From: Botryllus schlosseri
Taxonomy: Eukaryota
Length of the DNA: 64,000 nt
NCBI GenBank assembly: GCA_051294905.1
Contig: CM119381.1
Coordinates: 19,406,001 to 19,470,000, forward strand
Reading direction: 5' to 3'
In this document: positions 36,801 to 48,611 of the stretch, in pieces
Layout: every line of letters starts with the position of its first letter
Numbering within the stretch: the first letter of the stretch is position 1
Program-made: the position numbers and the translations under genes
The notes under the pieces: model-generated
What the model saw: the letters and a program-made list of their open reading frames with translations, nothing else
Told to the model about the DNA's origin: nothing
Database searches by the model: none

Positions 36801-39800
36801 ATGCTATCTTTACATATGGGCTTCACGCGAGTTATCTTCCATTGTGAGATGCAAGCTGTACCAATGGAACTGAGCCATTGTCCTGTATACCGCGACAGGA
36901 ATGTCAATCGCATGTGGTATCATTCTAAAATGGGGATTTTCACGCACGGGTAATAGTTTCCATAAGCACTGCGAAACAACCTCAGATAAAAAGTCTCGCA
37001 TTCAATCTCAATATTTTCAATATTCCCTTGAATCGCATCGAACGGGATGGCTAACTATTCTAGCTATTCGCACGAATAGGACAGAAATTTTAATCCTGCG
37101 TAAGCGCTGTTGAACTGCGCTGCCTTATACTGCCTACGCACGGTGTTAGGGCGTGACTATACGGTCCGGCTGGCTCACTCGGAACACTTCACAAAATCTT
37201 CTGATATCGTCGAAAAATTTATAACTTGAGAATCGATACGAATGTGTGGTTTGGATGCGAAATTGTACATCGCGAACGGGCACCACACCATTGCAAGTCT
37301 TAAATAATCTGCAAACGTTCTAGCTGCGGTAATTGTGGCTATTCCACCAATGAAACGTTGTCGAGCCTCAGACGCGAACATCTTATTGGAAATGTAGCAT
37401 AATATTGGGATTTTAGAAACAAATTAGCTCAAATAAACGAACACAAACACATCTTTAATTCTGTAATTTATACACTTAGCATCGGCATTGACTGCCTCGG
37501 CGTTCTCCAGAAGTAGCCTGCCTATCGATATTTCGAATGTATCGATACCGAGATTCTGAATACGGGCATTGCTCGATTGACAGTGCCGTGCGATTGCTAT
37601 GCTACAATGACGTCATGTTCTCTTGAATTGCTTAAGTACGCAGCGCGTCAGCACGTATTAGGATTCCTTTTAATTTGAATTTGTTCAAATGCTGCGGCTG
37701 GCTACAGTGTGACGGCTACTACAACCTTCCTTTGTCGGGCTTGGGAGGCTGTTGTTAGATGCTACGTGAAATCGAATTCCCACTATTTTGCTTTTGGACA
37801 TCTAGTATAATATCCCAAGATTTCTATATTGATTGCTTCGATACGGCATATACCGTGTTGGCGGGGTTGACGACAAATGTTAATACGCTGATAAGGACAT
37901 TCCCGACGTTTTTAGAATTCAAACCGTCATTTTCGACTTGGCAGAAATGTACGATGTAGTAGTCTTTTCATCACCTTCGTAAGATCGGGTGTCTTCACAC
38001 TGATACTTACAGTTGGCTCTGTATGATATTATCAGGCTCACTGTTGAGACCATCTGATATTAGTTCAAAGCAACTATACTTGTATACCATCACGTGCAGT
38101 TATGATAATAATTGATATAAATAAATACTAGGTAGCGGGAACTGGTCACTAGATTCGCCTGTAACAATATGTGATAATAAGAGGATTGTTTTATCAGACA
38201 ATCGATATTGATCAGACCTGTGGTTGAAGGAATCAATATTATCTGTATAGTATAACTGTCTGTGAATTGTCTGTGTAGTGCATTGTATAATGTATAAATT
38301 TGCCTGTAGCCAGAAATAGCAATGAGACTATATTCCTACGGGATTGACTCCTAAAGCATTAAGCAATCATCACTTCGTCATTGACCTCATTGACTTTCCT
38401 ACGTCTCATCCATCGTTTCGTTATTAAGTTTTGTAAAAATCTAATTGAAAACCCCTCTGTTTCACATTTCAGATGTCTACTCTGCAATGAAACACGTCTT
38501 GTCTTATTATCACTGCAAGTTCGGCGGTCCGAACCCATTGATAGAGACGGATTTCTTGTTGGCGATCCCCATCGTCATATGCATGCTAGCCGCAAAACAT
38601 ATGCTCGTGAAAGGAGGGCCTGAGAAAAATCTGACGAAGGAATCGCTTGGCTGTATGATGGAACAGTTCTTTACTTTTATGGAGAGAAGGCCGGAATACA
38701 TGATGTCTCTTAAGGTGAGTTGAGGATAACTCAAATGTAGACCTCAGCCGTCTTTGTGTTCGACTGTTCAACCTTGAATACTACACAAGATGCTTAAAGT
38801 GATCAACTGGTGATAAATGTTATACAGAAATAGCAGTAACTAAGTAAGATTGTTTGTTAACATATAACTTGCAAAGCGACCCTGACTATTTCAAGAAAAA
38901 TTCAAGTAGAGGGTGTGAGAAGAAGCCTACATTTCATACTGTAAAAATCATCCACAAGTAGGGTGTCGATTTTTGAAGACTGATAATTGATTGAACTGAT
39001 CAATTCCGTGAATTGTGTCTAAGGGGTTTATGCAGAATGGCTGCAACAACTTTTAGTACCGTGGGCACTAATGCTAGCATCATTGCCGTCTGTTTGTTAT
39101 GTATTTTGGTTGGATGAAAGAATAGAGACTCTCTCTCTCTCTCTCTTTCATAGACTCGGTACAAGCGATTACATGTATCCAATGTCGGTTTTCACTGTCT
39201 CAATTAATGAATGTAATATGCCATCAATGGAAGTTTACCTGGTTTACATCTTCATCTCGTTCCGATTGAGATATTCCATGTGAAAGATCGTCTATTTTAC
39301 GATGTCGAATCACATCGCTAAATACATGTAGTCGGAGCATTCTGTTACAATTCCAGGGTGAGAGCATATTGCAAATGTCGTTAACAACAGGCCAGCTAAT
39401 CCAAAAGCGGGATCTGGAACTTACGAAAACCATCGAGGACTTTCGGGTCGAGGGAAAGCACTTGACGGAAAGAAATTTGGAGATTGCCCTTTCGAGCTTG
39501 CTACATCCCATGGTCCGATCGATGTTCGTCGGATATTTTCCTATCGATACAGTCATGCATATGTGGGATATCCACATATTAGGTACGGATTATGCTTTCG
39601 GTGATTTAGCTTATGATGTGTCGCTGTTCTTACAGCGTCTACCTTTTCGTTTCGACAGACTCCTGTCCGTTTATTGCATTCTGTCTTATGTACCTCATTG
39701 TACATTGTTTCGTGAACGGATGATTATAATGGAACCGCAGATTATGATTTAGGGCCTCCTTATCCTAAATTTTGTATCTGGCCCACGATACAAGTTTGAT

Positions 39801-42800
39801 GACAGCGGCTTACACACTCGCGATGTGATAAGCGGGTGATTGGTGCAAAGCCACTTTATTGCCTAGAATTGGATGCAGATGCAGCCTAGGTTACATTTTA
39901 CGGAGTTTGCAGTGATATGAAAATTCATGATTATATGAGATTCCAGTTCAATGAATTCACTCCGGTTGAATCTCACTGTTGAGGTAAATCACCAGTCATG
40001 TGAAGTCTCATCTTTCTGAAAGAGTGGTGGCTTTGGTCTATCAATTACTTATTTTACTATGCTCCCTGCATTCTTGCCGCGTCAGTTCGTGTCATCACAC
40101 GTTTGTATGATACCTGTGTTGTAATCAAGTCACTACCTTCGAGTTGAAGTCATTTTGAGTCGATGCAAATTTTTACTCGCGACACATCACACGTATTCAT
40201 GAATATAGCCTGGAAGGCATTTCAGCATGCATTATGAATATCATTTTGAATATCGCCAATAACCTGAACCCGAGTAATATTTGGCAGGTTCATCCCATCC
40301 CAAACTGTCACGACCTGGGCCGATAAATAACATCTCTGCTATTGTTTTGTTGCCTGTAAAAAGACATTGCAATTTATGGTTAATAACAAAAATCGAATCC
40401 AGTAAATACATGATCGGTAACGAAGACGTGTTCAGGTGTTCACTCTCTGTACAAAAGCTTCGGAATTCCTTGCTGAGTAGAATACTTGAAAATTGGCTCG
40501 AAAGTCTTTCATTTGTCAAGTCCGAGTCATATATCGATAGTGACTCGAGTCAAATATGTGTCAAGCGTCCCAGCACTGTATGATATAGTTCTGGAAGCAT
40601 AGTGATAACTGTTGATCACTAAAAACAAAACGGTTTTCAATTGACTTTCAATGTTTGCTTTAAACGTTCTGTTTTGATAGGAAAGAAGGACACTTTTTAC
40701 ATACCATAAAAAACTGCTGATACTAAAATTTATACTGGTAATTTGTTTGTGTTGACTAAAAAAAAGGTCACCTCTCTGATACGACTCCCGTACTACCCAC
40801 TTTTTAACAATACTACTGTGGTGTTCACTAAAAAAAAGGTCATTTACCATTCCTACTCCCGAATGACTCGCACGGACGTCCGTATTACAGGTTTACAGAT
40901 TTCACGTCATTTATGGCGTTTTTTAGTTAAGCCTGTCCACTACCCTGGCTGTCAGAGCTATAAGGAAGGACGAATGTCATCGGTAATGCTAGTTTTGAAA
41001 AAACAGTTCATCCAATGTGACACAACTTCCACATAATATTATTTCATGTCAACAGGTTTCGGTCATGCAGGCTATGACGCTGTTCCATACCTGTGTGCGA
41101 CGATATTCCTTCTTCTACGCAATGAGCTGTCTACTTGCAAATCGGACAAAGAAGCATCAACAGTAATCATAAAGCGGTGTAGATGCATTGGTAAAGAGCA
41201 ATTTATCCATGCTCTGCGGCAATACGATTTCGAGAGAGAGCTGAAGGATAGCTTGGATATTGCTGATGAGGTAATAATGTTCACTATTTCATGAGCCAAA
41301 CAATGTAGATGTCCAGCTATGCATAAGTTGGTCTGCAAACTTCTCTTGAATACAGGCCTATTATTGACAGTGTTGAATTGTTCCTATGATTTCGGTATAT
41401 TTGGCGTAGATTATAACTGCGCTTTGTGTATAAGGATTAGTTAGGGCTCTTACAAAATCTGAATTCCCGGCATTTGGGAATTTTGCATTTCGGGCAGGAT
41501 GTGCTCAACCCTAATCTAATCTCGCCACTAACCTAATTTCTCTAACCTAATTGTGAAAGGGTATAACGGCGAACTCATTGCTAAGTGAATGTCTGAAAGC
41601 TCTCCGAATTGTTACCGCAAAATCTATTCGAATCACAGCACACTGTGATTTATGACATGAATTGAATATTTTAATTCATCTACAGTTAGAAATTAGCTGC
41701 ACAAAAGTGTTGGTATCGGTAAAGAGAGAGAGAGTCTTTATTTTCATCCAACCAAAATACATAACACACGGCAGTGGTGGTGGTACAGAAAATATACATA
41801 CACAGTATTCGGTATTAGATAGGAATGATCGATAAGACCGTGAAGGTCATCTAGTCTGATCACACCAGCATCAAACAGGTACACTTGACTCTAAGCAGTC
41901 TGGCTGTAAAAAAGGTTACAGTAGTTAAAAAAATAAAATAGAAGAAAAATTAAACGATGGTAGCAAATGATCAATGAAGCAATGTCTGGGCGAGGTAGGG
42001 CAACAGTGTTAGTGTAACGACAAGAGGTGATCAAGTGGGGCTTTTTTGAATCTATTATAAGGCAATTCACGGATATGTGGTGGTAATGCATTCCAGATGA
42101 TAGGTCCGGAGTAGTCAGTAGATCTCTTGGTTAGGTTGCTATTGGGTGGGGGTAAGTAGATATTTCCTTTAGACGAAGATCTCGTGTAGTGGGAGTGGAC
42201 ATTTTTAGCAGGCATGAAAAAGACATCAAACACAGGAGGCAAACTATTGGAAAAATATTTGTGAATGACTTTGAAAGACTTTGAAGTATTTGAATAAGTT
42301 GCGTCAAGGTTTATAATGCCTGAAGCGATAGCTAGGTCACCTAGGTGATATGTCTGAGTGATTTTTTTGTTGTGGTGAAGAAGCGACACACGGGCTCTCT
42401 TTTCAGGATTATTTCCCGGTATTCCATCCTTCGTTGAAGAGCAATCTTGCACCGTGGAAATATTGGTACAGCGAGAAAATCATTGATCAAGCTCAAAAAG
42501 AAAGAGCAGGAAGAATAGGTTGGATTGACTTGATTTTTTTTATGCCCTGTTCATTTAAACTTGCCTTATGCTTATGGCATCGGCAACTGGTAGTAGTTCT
42601 CACTGACCCCTGTGATAGTTTCATTAAAGTATTCTTATCGACTTTAAATGGTGCAAGTTATGTTTGATAGTAGCCAGAGATGCAGTAGGAACCTTGTTGA
42701 TACTAGTGTTGTTTAGTACACAACTACACATTGTATTTCGTGATTACGGTAGATTTTCTACTCTGTACTATTCCAAACTTCAGTAAATTAAAGAGATGGA

Positions 42801-45152
42801 TGGAAACCTATTTTTTATTCGTCAAATTAAGAAAAATGATGACATTTTAGCAGCAAAATTAGGATTGAAATTGTTTATTTCGAATCGGCAAGTATCTCTC
42901 TTATATTTTTAAAAGTGTTATTGAACCTTTTCTTGTTTTTTATGTGTACTGAAATCGTATCAGTGGTATTAATGAGCTAGATCCATAGCAGAAGCTTATT
43001 TATAAGGAACCTAGTAGAGGACCCGGAAAAAATATAAATACTTTGTTACTGATCACCTCTGCTGTTTACTCGCCACATCAACGAGGCTCCACAATATGTT
43101 CAGGCTCTTCGACAAGCCGTAATTTATTGGGAGACGAACGATACGACGAAAACGCCGCCCTGGCAGAAATGGACTTGCAGGAGCAGGCGTCGAGGCTTCG
43201 CGCCGAGCGTGACTCCTTGGCGGAAAACGTGGAGAAGGAGAGACGGCTGAGGGTGGAGATGCAGCAGCACGCCGATGGCGAAATCGAAAGGTTGCGTAGG
43301 AAGCTGGACTTGATTCAGAAGAAAAATCCACAGGTGAGGCTAAGGATTTTGCGAGCAAATGTTCGGATTAGTCACTGACCACGTAAAAACGACATGAATA
43401 ATCAAAGGTTGTCAAAGTGACCATATTTGATACTCCAGTAGAAGTAATGTCAAAATTTTTTACTCGTACACAAGTAGAAGTAGCAATCACCAAGTCAGTA
43501 AAAGTATTTTTGGGTTAGTTTTGCCTGGCATAACTGTAGAAGTGGAATTAGTCTGAAAGTGAGCACTTTGCTTGAAAAGCGTTGACCTTGCTTTTTTAGC
43601 CAGTTGGTGCGAAATTTCGCACTCAGGTGTGTCCTGCTTTGTAGATAATATGATAATTATGAACACACTTTGTCTCACAACTGAGAACACTCAATCAGCC
43701 TGTGACCCTGACTGAATATTCTCATAGATGACATGCAATTTTGTAAATATCTCTAGCCTTCTAAAAATAAAGTTCATTGTCGAGCATGAAACTTACTACG
43801 CATTTACATGGAAATGCTGATATTTTTCAGCTTGTTTCCGAAGAGAATACTCCTGTACCACCTGAACGGCAGCCAACTCCCGTTATGACACCTCCAGAGC
43901 CAAAAGTCGAAAAACGTAAGTTGTTCAATTTCGAAACCTGACTAAATTATCTCAAAAGCATGCGCTTCAGTAGTGCAGGACATTATATCAGCGCTTTTAA
44001 GAACTTCATGTCCTACTCTCTCCGTTTAGCCGAACCAAAGCCACCAACTCCAAAACCAACAACGCCGATTCCCGATAAACCACCAACTCCAAAGCCGAAA
44101 GAAATTACACCCGAAACTAAAAAAGCACAAAAGGTTTCCGACGACTTCATCAAAAGGATGATGGCGTCCGTAACATTACGTGCGTAAAGTGAATGGCCGC
44201 TTCGATTGTATTTCTTCAAAATGTTTTTTTTTTCGTCGAAATCAGTGGCTCACGGAGACGCGAGACAGAGGAAATTGTTGGATAAAGCAACTCAGAAAGA
44301 CATAAATAAGTTGCAGATTGCACACGATAAAGCAAAGGTATGTATTTCGTATTCAAGCTGAACTGACAATGGGAACGTCGAGCACAGGCGTTCTTTATGT
44401 AGACGTAAAATTTACAGCTAGTCATGTGGTGTATGTCAATTTCTTGGTATATATGCGCTTAAGTGCACTACAGATATAAAAAATGATCCCTGTGGAATGT
44501 ATGAAGAGCTATCACATAACGACACAATAGTATGCTCTAGTAATGATATGCATTTTCAGTTTATTTCAATACATAGCGCCCACCAATCTGCACCTATCAG
44601 TGCTAGAATACCCGATATAGAATCTATAGAAGTTTGTGTGCATGCATATGAATAAGCATGATGGTAGGCTAGCTGCTTTTAAATTCTAGTTATAAGTAGC
44701 CTACTCGAGTGTTTTCATGCGGCTCCAGACCTATTCTGAAGTTTGAAATGCAGCTCCGACTTCAATTCTAGTCTCACGCATTATGATAGCATACGACTAC
44801 GAATCATATCGAAAATTCTATGCGACCACAAGTAAAATAATGCCAGTTCTACACTAAATAAATAGAATACCAGCCATATTTATTATAAATTCATACCATG
44901 GATTAAGACCTTGTGAGTCGCTTTGTAAATGAACATTAACTGATCACTTCAAAACCAAGCCGTCGTTTCGGGTGATATTTTGCCTGCTTGTCACCCGCCG
45001 TGATTTTGTGTTAATAATATTTCATACAGAAAGTTGTTTATGGGAAAGCAGTAACAGAGGAGAAACTCGCTCAGCTGACTGACGAGGAAAGAAAGGAGAA
45101 AGACGCCCAAGTTCAGGAGCAAACTAAAAAGATACTTTTCAAAATTAAGTAA
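18802..45152 (+). CDS. TBC/Rab-GAP-like domain and coiled-coil protein; exons 18802-18867, 19080-19218, 19793-19935, 20573-20690, 20780-20914, 38473-38714, 39357-39582, 41056-41270, 42407-42518, 43104-43333, 43831-43915, 44030-44179, 44246-44337, 45030-45152
   Basis: All 14 exons have GT-AG ends and are phase-compatible to a TAA at 45150-45152. TBC-like segments: TPVELRYVMW, AMKHVLSYYH, MVRSMFVGYFPIDTVMHMWD. These are followed by a coiled coil (EQASRLRAERDSL...) and a Pro-rich PPTPKP tract. Confidence 0.72.
21381..25703 (-). CDS. ECT2-like DH-PH RhoGEF without BRCT domains, 518 aa; exons 25703-25647, 25590-25268, 25147-25045, 24913-24707, 24372-24183, 24029-23884, 23393-23217, 22472-22185, 21446-21381
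   Basis: ECT2-type motifs ELLQTETTYI, AYPPYVNFFDMGK, LMIRPVQRLPSMSLL, HINEDKRKTE, YEVESCPAEIVSSNR and HIRMLPLSDIK. The exons sum to 1557 nt in frame. The N-terminus is MGNCFGKILQCFG. Confidence 0.82.
26220..28483 (-). CDS. Small multi-pass membrane protein, paralog A (198 aa); exons 28483-28330, 28268-28137, 27422-27200, 26307-26220
   Basis: Phase-compatible exons, several hydrophobic segments, and exon-by-exon homology to 35580-36585 (both second exons are 132 nt). The last exon is the least certain. Confidence 0.65.
28921..30366 (-). mobile_element. Decayed hAT element of Buster/SPIN/GTF2IRD2 type
   Basis: TIRs CAAAGGTTCTCAAC / GTTGAGAACCCCTG; perfect TSD GCCTACAT at 28913-28920 and 30367-30374. 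Minus-strand relics FAFSDINEKPICHVC (BED-finger-like) and ASFEIAWCIAKPKK are broken by stops and frameshifts. Confidence 0.88.
31872..32025. mobile_element. Penelope-like pLTR fragment; second copy at 63031-63149 with one block inverted
   Basis: 31935-32020 is a direct match to 63031-63118, while 31872-31910 is the reverse complement of 63111-63149. The shared block contains a hammerhead motif. Confidence 0.55.
31960..31993 (+). ncRNA. Minimal type I hammerhead ribozyme
   Basis: ACCC-CTGACGA-G(TGTCAGC)C-GAAA-ATAT-TC-GGGT: intact CUGANGA and GAAA core, 4-bp stem I (ACCC/GGGT), 1-bp stem II, palindromic AATATT stem III, and a UC cleavage site (after 31989). Confidence 0.62.
33217..34199. mobile_element. 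Non-autonomous Charlie/Buster-type hAT element, 983 bp, containing a fragment of a second hAT family from 33525
   Basis: 15-bp TIRs CAGTGGTTCTCAACC / GGTTGAGAACCACTG; perfect TSD CTGTAAAG at 33209-33216 and 34200-34207. Segment 33525 to about 33840 (CAGGACCGTAAC...) is homologous to the left end of 45598-46900. Confidence 0.9.
35580..36585 (-). CDS. Small multi-pass membrane protein, paralog B (157 aa); exons 36585-36429, 36365-36234, 35764-35580
   Basis: Phase-compatible GT-AG exons. Shares HLISA.NFLP..EV.LLG.LFWY.H.W.N.VAR.SLL and IRFI.PGPVTSF.FFYKLS..TSLSAL...I.DGGAGAK with paralog A. Confidence 0.7.
39078..39147 (+). mobile_element. Short 3'-terminal copy of the LINE at 41723-42400
   Basis: TGTTATGTATTTTGGTTGGATGAAA...GACTCTCTCT matches the reverse complement of 41723-41770. 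Confidence 0.65.
41723..42400 (-). mobile_element. 5'-truncated L2/CR1-type LINE: ORF2 C-terminus, 3' UTR and (CT)n tail
   Basis: ORF 42009-42452 contains HSHYTRSS...IYLP...KRSTDYSGPIIWNALPPHIR...FKK, typical of the region after the RT domain in CR1/L2-clade ORF2. It ends in AATAAAGAC(TC)n. Confidence 0.78.
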
Positions 45153-45597
45153 CTGATTGTATCGATAATGATTTTTTAATGTGGCAGCTAAACTATTTTC
45201 TTATGGAACGATATTATTTTACATATTTGATACACATATGACAGGTCATTTGAGTCTAAACTTTAATATTGTTTTGATACTTCATGCAATTTAGCACTAA
45301 CATGACAAAGTACACTGTGTAATTGCTCTGACTTGCATTATAATTCAGTAAGATTCTTTAATTTTTGTAGTGTTTTCTGGATTTCTTGAATCATACTTGT
45401 TAGACGTTCCTTGCCGTGAAAATTTATCCGTCGCGACGCTTGCTTAGAATTGTGAAGCCATGATATATTTCTTTGACAAAGATTTGGTGAATATGCAACA
45501 ATTCGTCCTTGTATGTAAAGAGTGAAAATGCTATATTTTGAATAAACCGAACACAACATAAAATTGATATTAGGAAGCGGTGATGTTGCATGCCTAG

Positions 45598-46900
45598 CAG
45601 GGCCGTAACTGCCGCACCCCAAACCCCCCAATGGGGGGGGGGCCGAGCTCGAAGGAGGCCCAAAATTATTTCGTGAATTAGCATAAATTATAGAGTATTT
45701 TTTGAAAATTTAGGCAACTTTTTTCGCACTGCACGCGATTTCAAGTTGCCAAGTATCTTGAATATTGGGTACTCTTCCCACAAGAAAAAATACGCAAGAT
45801 TTATAGAAATGGGCATATCAGCGTCGGCCATTACCTCGCCACGACGCACCAAGACGTATAAAGTTTTAGGCCATGTTACATGCGACTGCAAGAAGTGTGC
45901 CAAAACGATCGGCAGCGAGAAAACCTTGGCCGAAAAGGACTGCCCTTATGCTGACCGAAAACTTCGTTATATATACAAAATACATGTGGGTTTAATAGTC
46001 CATAGGCGCCTAAATGACTGGCACCTAAATGTTCCTGTCTGGACAATCTGAACCTCACAAGACAAATACCACCCCGCAGGGAAAAATTATATGCTAGTGA
46101 AGAAATATCAATTTGAAATCGTGAGATCTTTTAGTTTAGTACGTTTCGGCAATTGTATATTTTTAATATAGCAGACAGGAGGTCACGAAATAACATGTAA
46201 CGAAGTCATACCAACGGGTACACCTGCCCGAAGGTGTTTAATTATTATTTACGGGCTCTACATTTTCCAAGACAACACCTGACTCATCTCTACCAGTAAA
46301 TCTGATTACGTGAGCAATTGAGTGTAGAGGACAAGAAATTGATAGCAATATATATGCAATTCCCAATCTTATTTACCGATTTTATCTTGAATTATCGAAA
46401 ATTTTCGCGGTTCGCGCTGGCTTACTACGCAATACATCTATACTTTCGTGGCAAAGTGAACAACGTAGTGGCGGCCTGGAGGGTCGGTTTGTCACCCTAT
46501 GGGAGCCCAAGATTCCAGTTTTTTGGGGACTGACGAAGTGCTGTTTCGTTCCTGCCAACGGGTATACAATACATCCGGAGATGTTTATTTATTATGGAGG
46601 GGTCCTACCCTTTCAAACACACCTCACTCTGCTCTACCGGTAAATCTGATTACGTGAGCAGAGAAAGGATAAAAATTGATAGCAATATATATGCAATTCC
46701 TGATCATATTGCCCGATTCAGTCATGAATTATAGAAATTTTTCGCGCGTTTAGGCGATGAAAACTGACTCACTAAACGGATACCCAATATAGATGACAAG
46801 CAGCGGTAAACATCGCCCCCCCGAAGTTAGGTTTATCACCCTATGGGGGGCCCAGGACCAACGTTTTGGGGGGGGCTGACGAAGTGCTGTTACGGCCCTG
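45598..46900. mobile_element. Non-autonomous hAT element with a tandemly duplicated right end
   Basis: 12-bp TIR CAGGGCCGTAAC / GTTACGGCCCTG; perfect TSD ATGCCTAG at 45590-45597 and 46901-46908. Segments 46211-46554 and 46555-46900 are diverged tandem copies. Confidence 0.9.
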
Positions 46901-47589
46901 ATGCCTAGGTGTAGATGTATTTACAGATTCAAGTACCAAACGTATCAATAGTCGCCCCAAGTTTGCAAATTGTGCAGCAAGCACTACCTGACAGTCAACT
47001 TCAGGGTAGAACCAAGCAGAAGTTTTCAATAAGTACTTTTGAGAAGATATTAACAAGACCTCCAGTAGGTTCTGTTTGCTGTACTTAACGTGCTCGTTTA
47101 TTATGGAATTTTCGTCAAATGGAGTGTGGGTGTAAAATCATACCATGGCGACAGCCACACAATAACATCTGTCCTTCTTTGGCAAAAGAAATGCATCTAC
47201 CAATTCCGCAAGTCATCAGTGGTGTGCAGTACCTCATTAAAAAATTTTGACGCCATGTCCGAATCTGTTTTGCTGGACTACTTTTGCAACCATCTGTTCT
47301 CTACTTGAAGTAGAATCGACATCTTCATAATCTCTGCTATTTCTACCCTGAGTAATATCGACTACTTTTGTCATCTCTGTATTCCGGTAAATACAAGCAC
47401 GCGTGCCAAGAAGTTTCATCAGTCCGATTAGAGAAGTGCTGGAACAGAGCATATCCTCAGTACCAAATCATGTGATTTATACGAATATGACAAGAGCAAT
47501 CCCAACACTACAAAACAGTCATGTGTGATTTGAATCGTAATGTCAAGTTATAAAGAAATGTATCTCAGATTCACAGTGGGTAGATATAA

Positions 47590-47943
47590 TCAGACAGCGT
47601 TCTGCTTTCTGTGTTCATCTCTCATTTTTTGCTGCACGGTCCGCGAGTCCTCTTCCGGCCTTGGACCTCGAATATTAAACCAAGAGTCCAAATCGGTCTT
47701 TTCCATCATAGCTTCGTATTCCTCTTGCGCCGTTGTTTTCTTCTTTTTACCTCTCCCGCTCTGTTCCATCCTCTCCTGAAACGCAGCACTCTCGCCGTAC
47801 TTCTTCTTGACGTCGTAGCGAATTTGTGCAAATTCCCTCACGCCTAGCCAGCCTACGACGAGAAAAGTCAGAAACGGCAAGCCACGCCTCGCATGCTTGT
47901 TGGCCGTAATTCGTTTCACCGAAGAGGCGATATAATTAAGCAT
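47590..47943 (-). CDS. COX16: Cytochrome c oxidase assembly protein COX16, single exon (likely ATG at 47943)
   Basis: GLPFLTFLVVGWLGVREFAQIRYD (single TM followed by REF.QIRYD) and DSWFNIRGPRPEED motifs. Confidence 0.9.
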   Translation of the reverse strand: MLNYIASSVKRITANKHARRGLPFLTFLVVGWLGVREFAQIRYDVKKKYGESAAFQERMEQSGRGKKKKTTAQEEYEAMMEKTDLDSWFNIRGPRPEEDSRTVQQKMRDEHRKQNAV

Positions 47944-48272
47944 AACTGACGGCGATGTCGGCGACCGCCCGGTAAATTTCTGCAACACAAACAATCTCGT
48001 AACGGACCTTTATTTGAAAAAAATCAACAAACCCCCGTATCCACTCTGTGATACAAAATTGACACTGACAAAATAGGGACTAAATCACATACACCATTCG
48101 AGACACAACCGCAGAAACACACGCACGCATGCACACCGGATAACGCCCGGAATCATTTTGTTAGCAAGTCCTGAATCAGTTACAAGCGTCAAATTTTGTT
48201 TTAGCCAGTCTTCATTGGGACAGCATTTACACGTTGATTATATACAGTTTTTATTAATCCTCTTCGCGCACC

Positions 48273-48611
48273 CTAAAAGCCGTGGAGCTTGATATGGTCT
48301 TTCTTCGCGATTCCAACTTTGAGCAGAAACTCAGATATGTTATTTCTTTGATCCCCCTGCAGCTGCAGCACTTCTCCGTATTCTGGGTGGTCAACCACCG
48401 TTCCGTTGCATGCAAACTCCTTCTTGCATATTCTCACGATCTTTTTCTTGTCGTAGTCATCGGCTATGCCTTGCACGGTAGTCAGGGTTTTTCGGCCATT
48501 TCTTTGCTGGATACGAATGTGAATTACGCCGGTTTGTGATGAGGATTCGTTCCCGGTGCTTGCATCCGCAAACGGGTCAAATTCATGGACTGCGAGTGGA
48601 TTTGAAGTCAT
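48273..48611 (-). CDS. EIF1: Eukaryotic translation initiation factor 1 (SUI1), single coding exon
   Basis: FDPFADA, IHIRIQQRNGRKTLTTVQGI, KKEFACNGTVVDHPEYGEVLQLQGDQR and the C-terminal HGF. Confidence 0.97.
   Translation of the reverse strand: MTSNPLAVHEFDPFADASTGNESSSQTGVIHIRIQQRNGRKTLTTVQGIADDYDKKKIVRICKKEFACNGTVVDHPEYGEVLQLQGDQRNNISEFLLKVGIAKKDHIKLHGF

Noticed and set aside
36650-37381. Minus-strand ORFs upstream of paralog B (e.g. MFASEARQRFIGG...)
   Set aside because: No recognisable motifs and no convincing splice chain.
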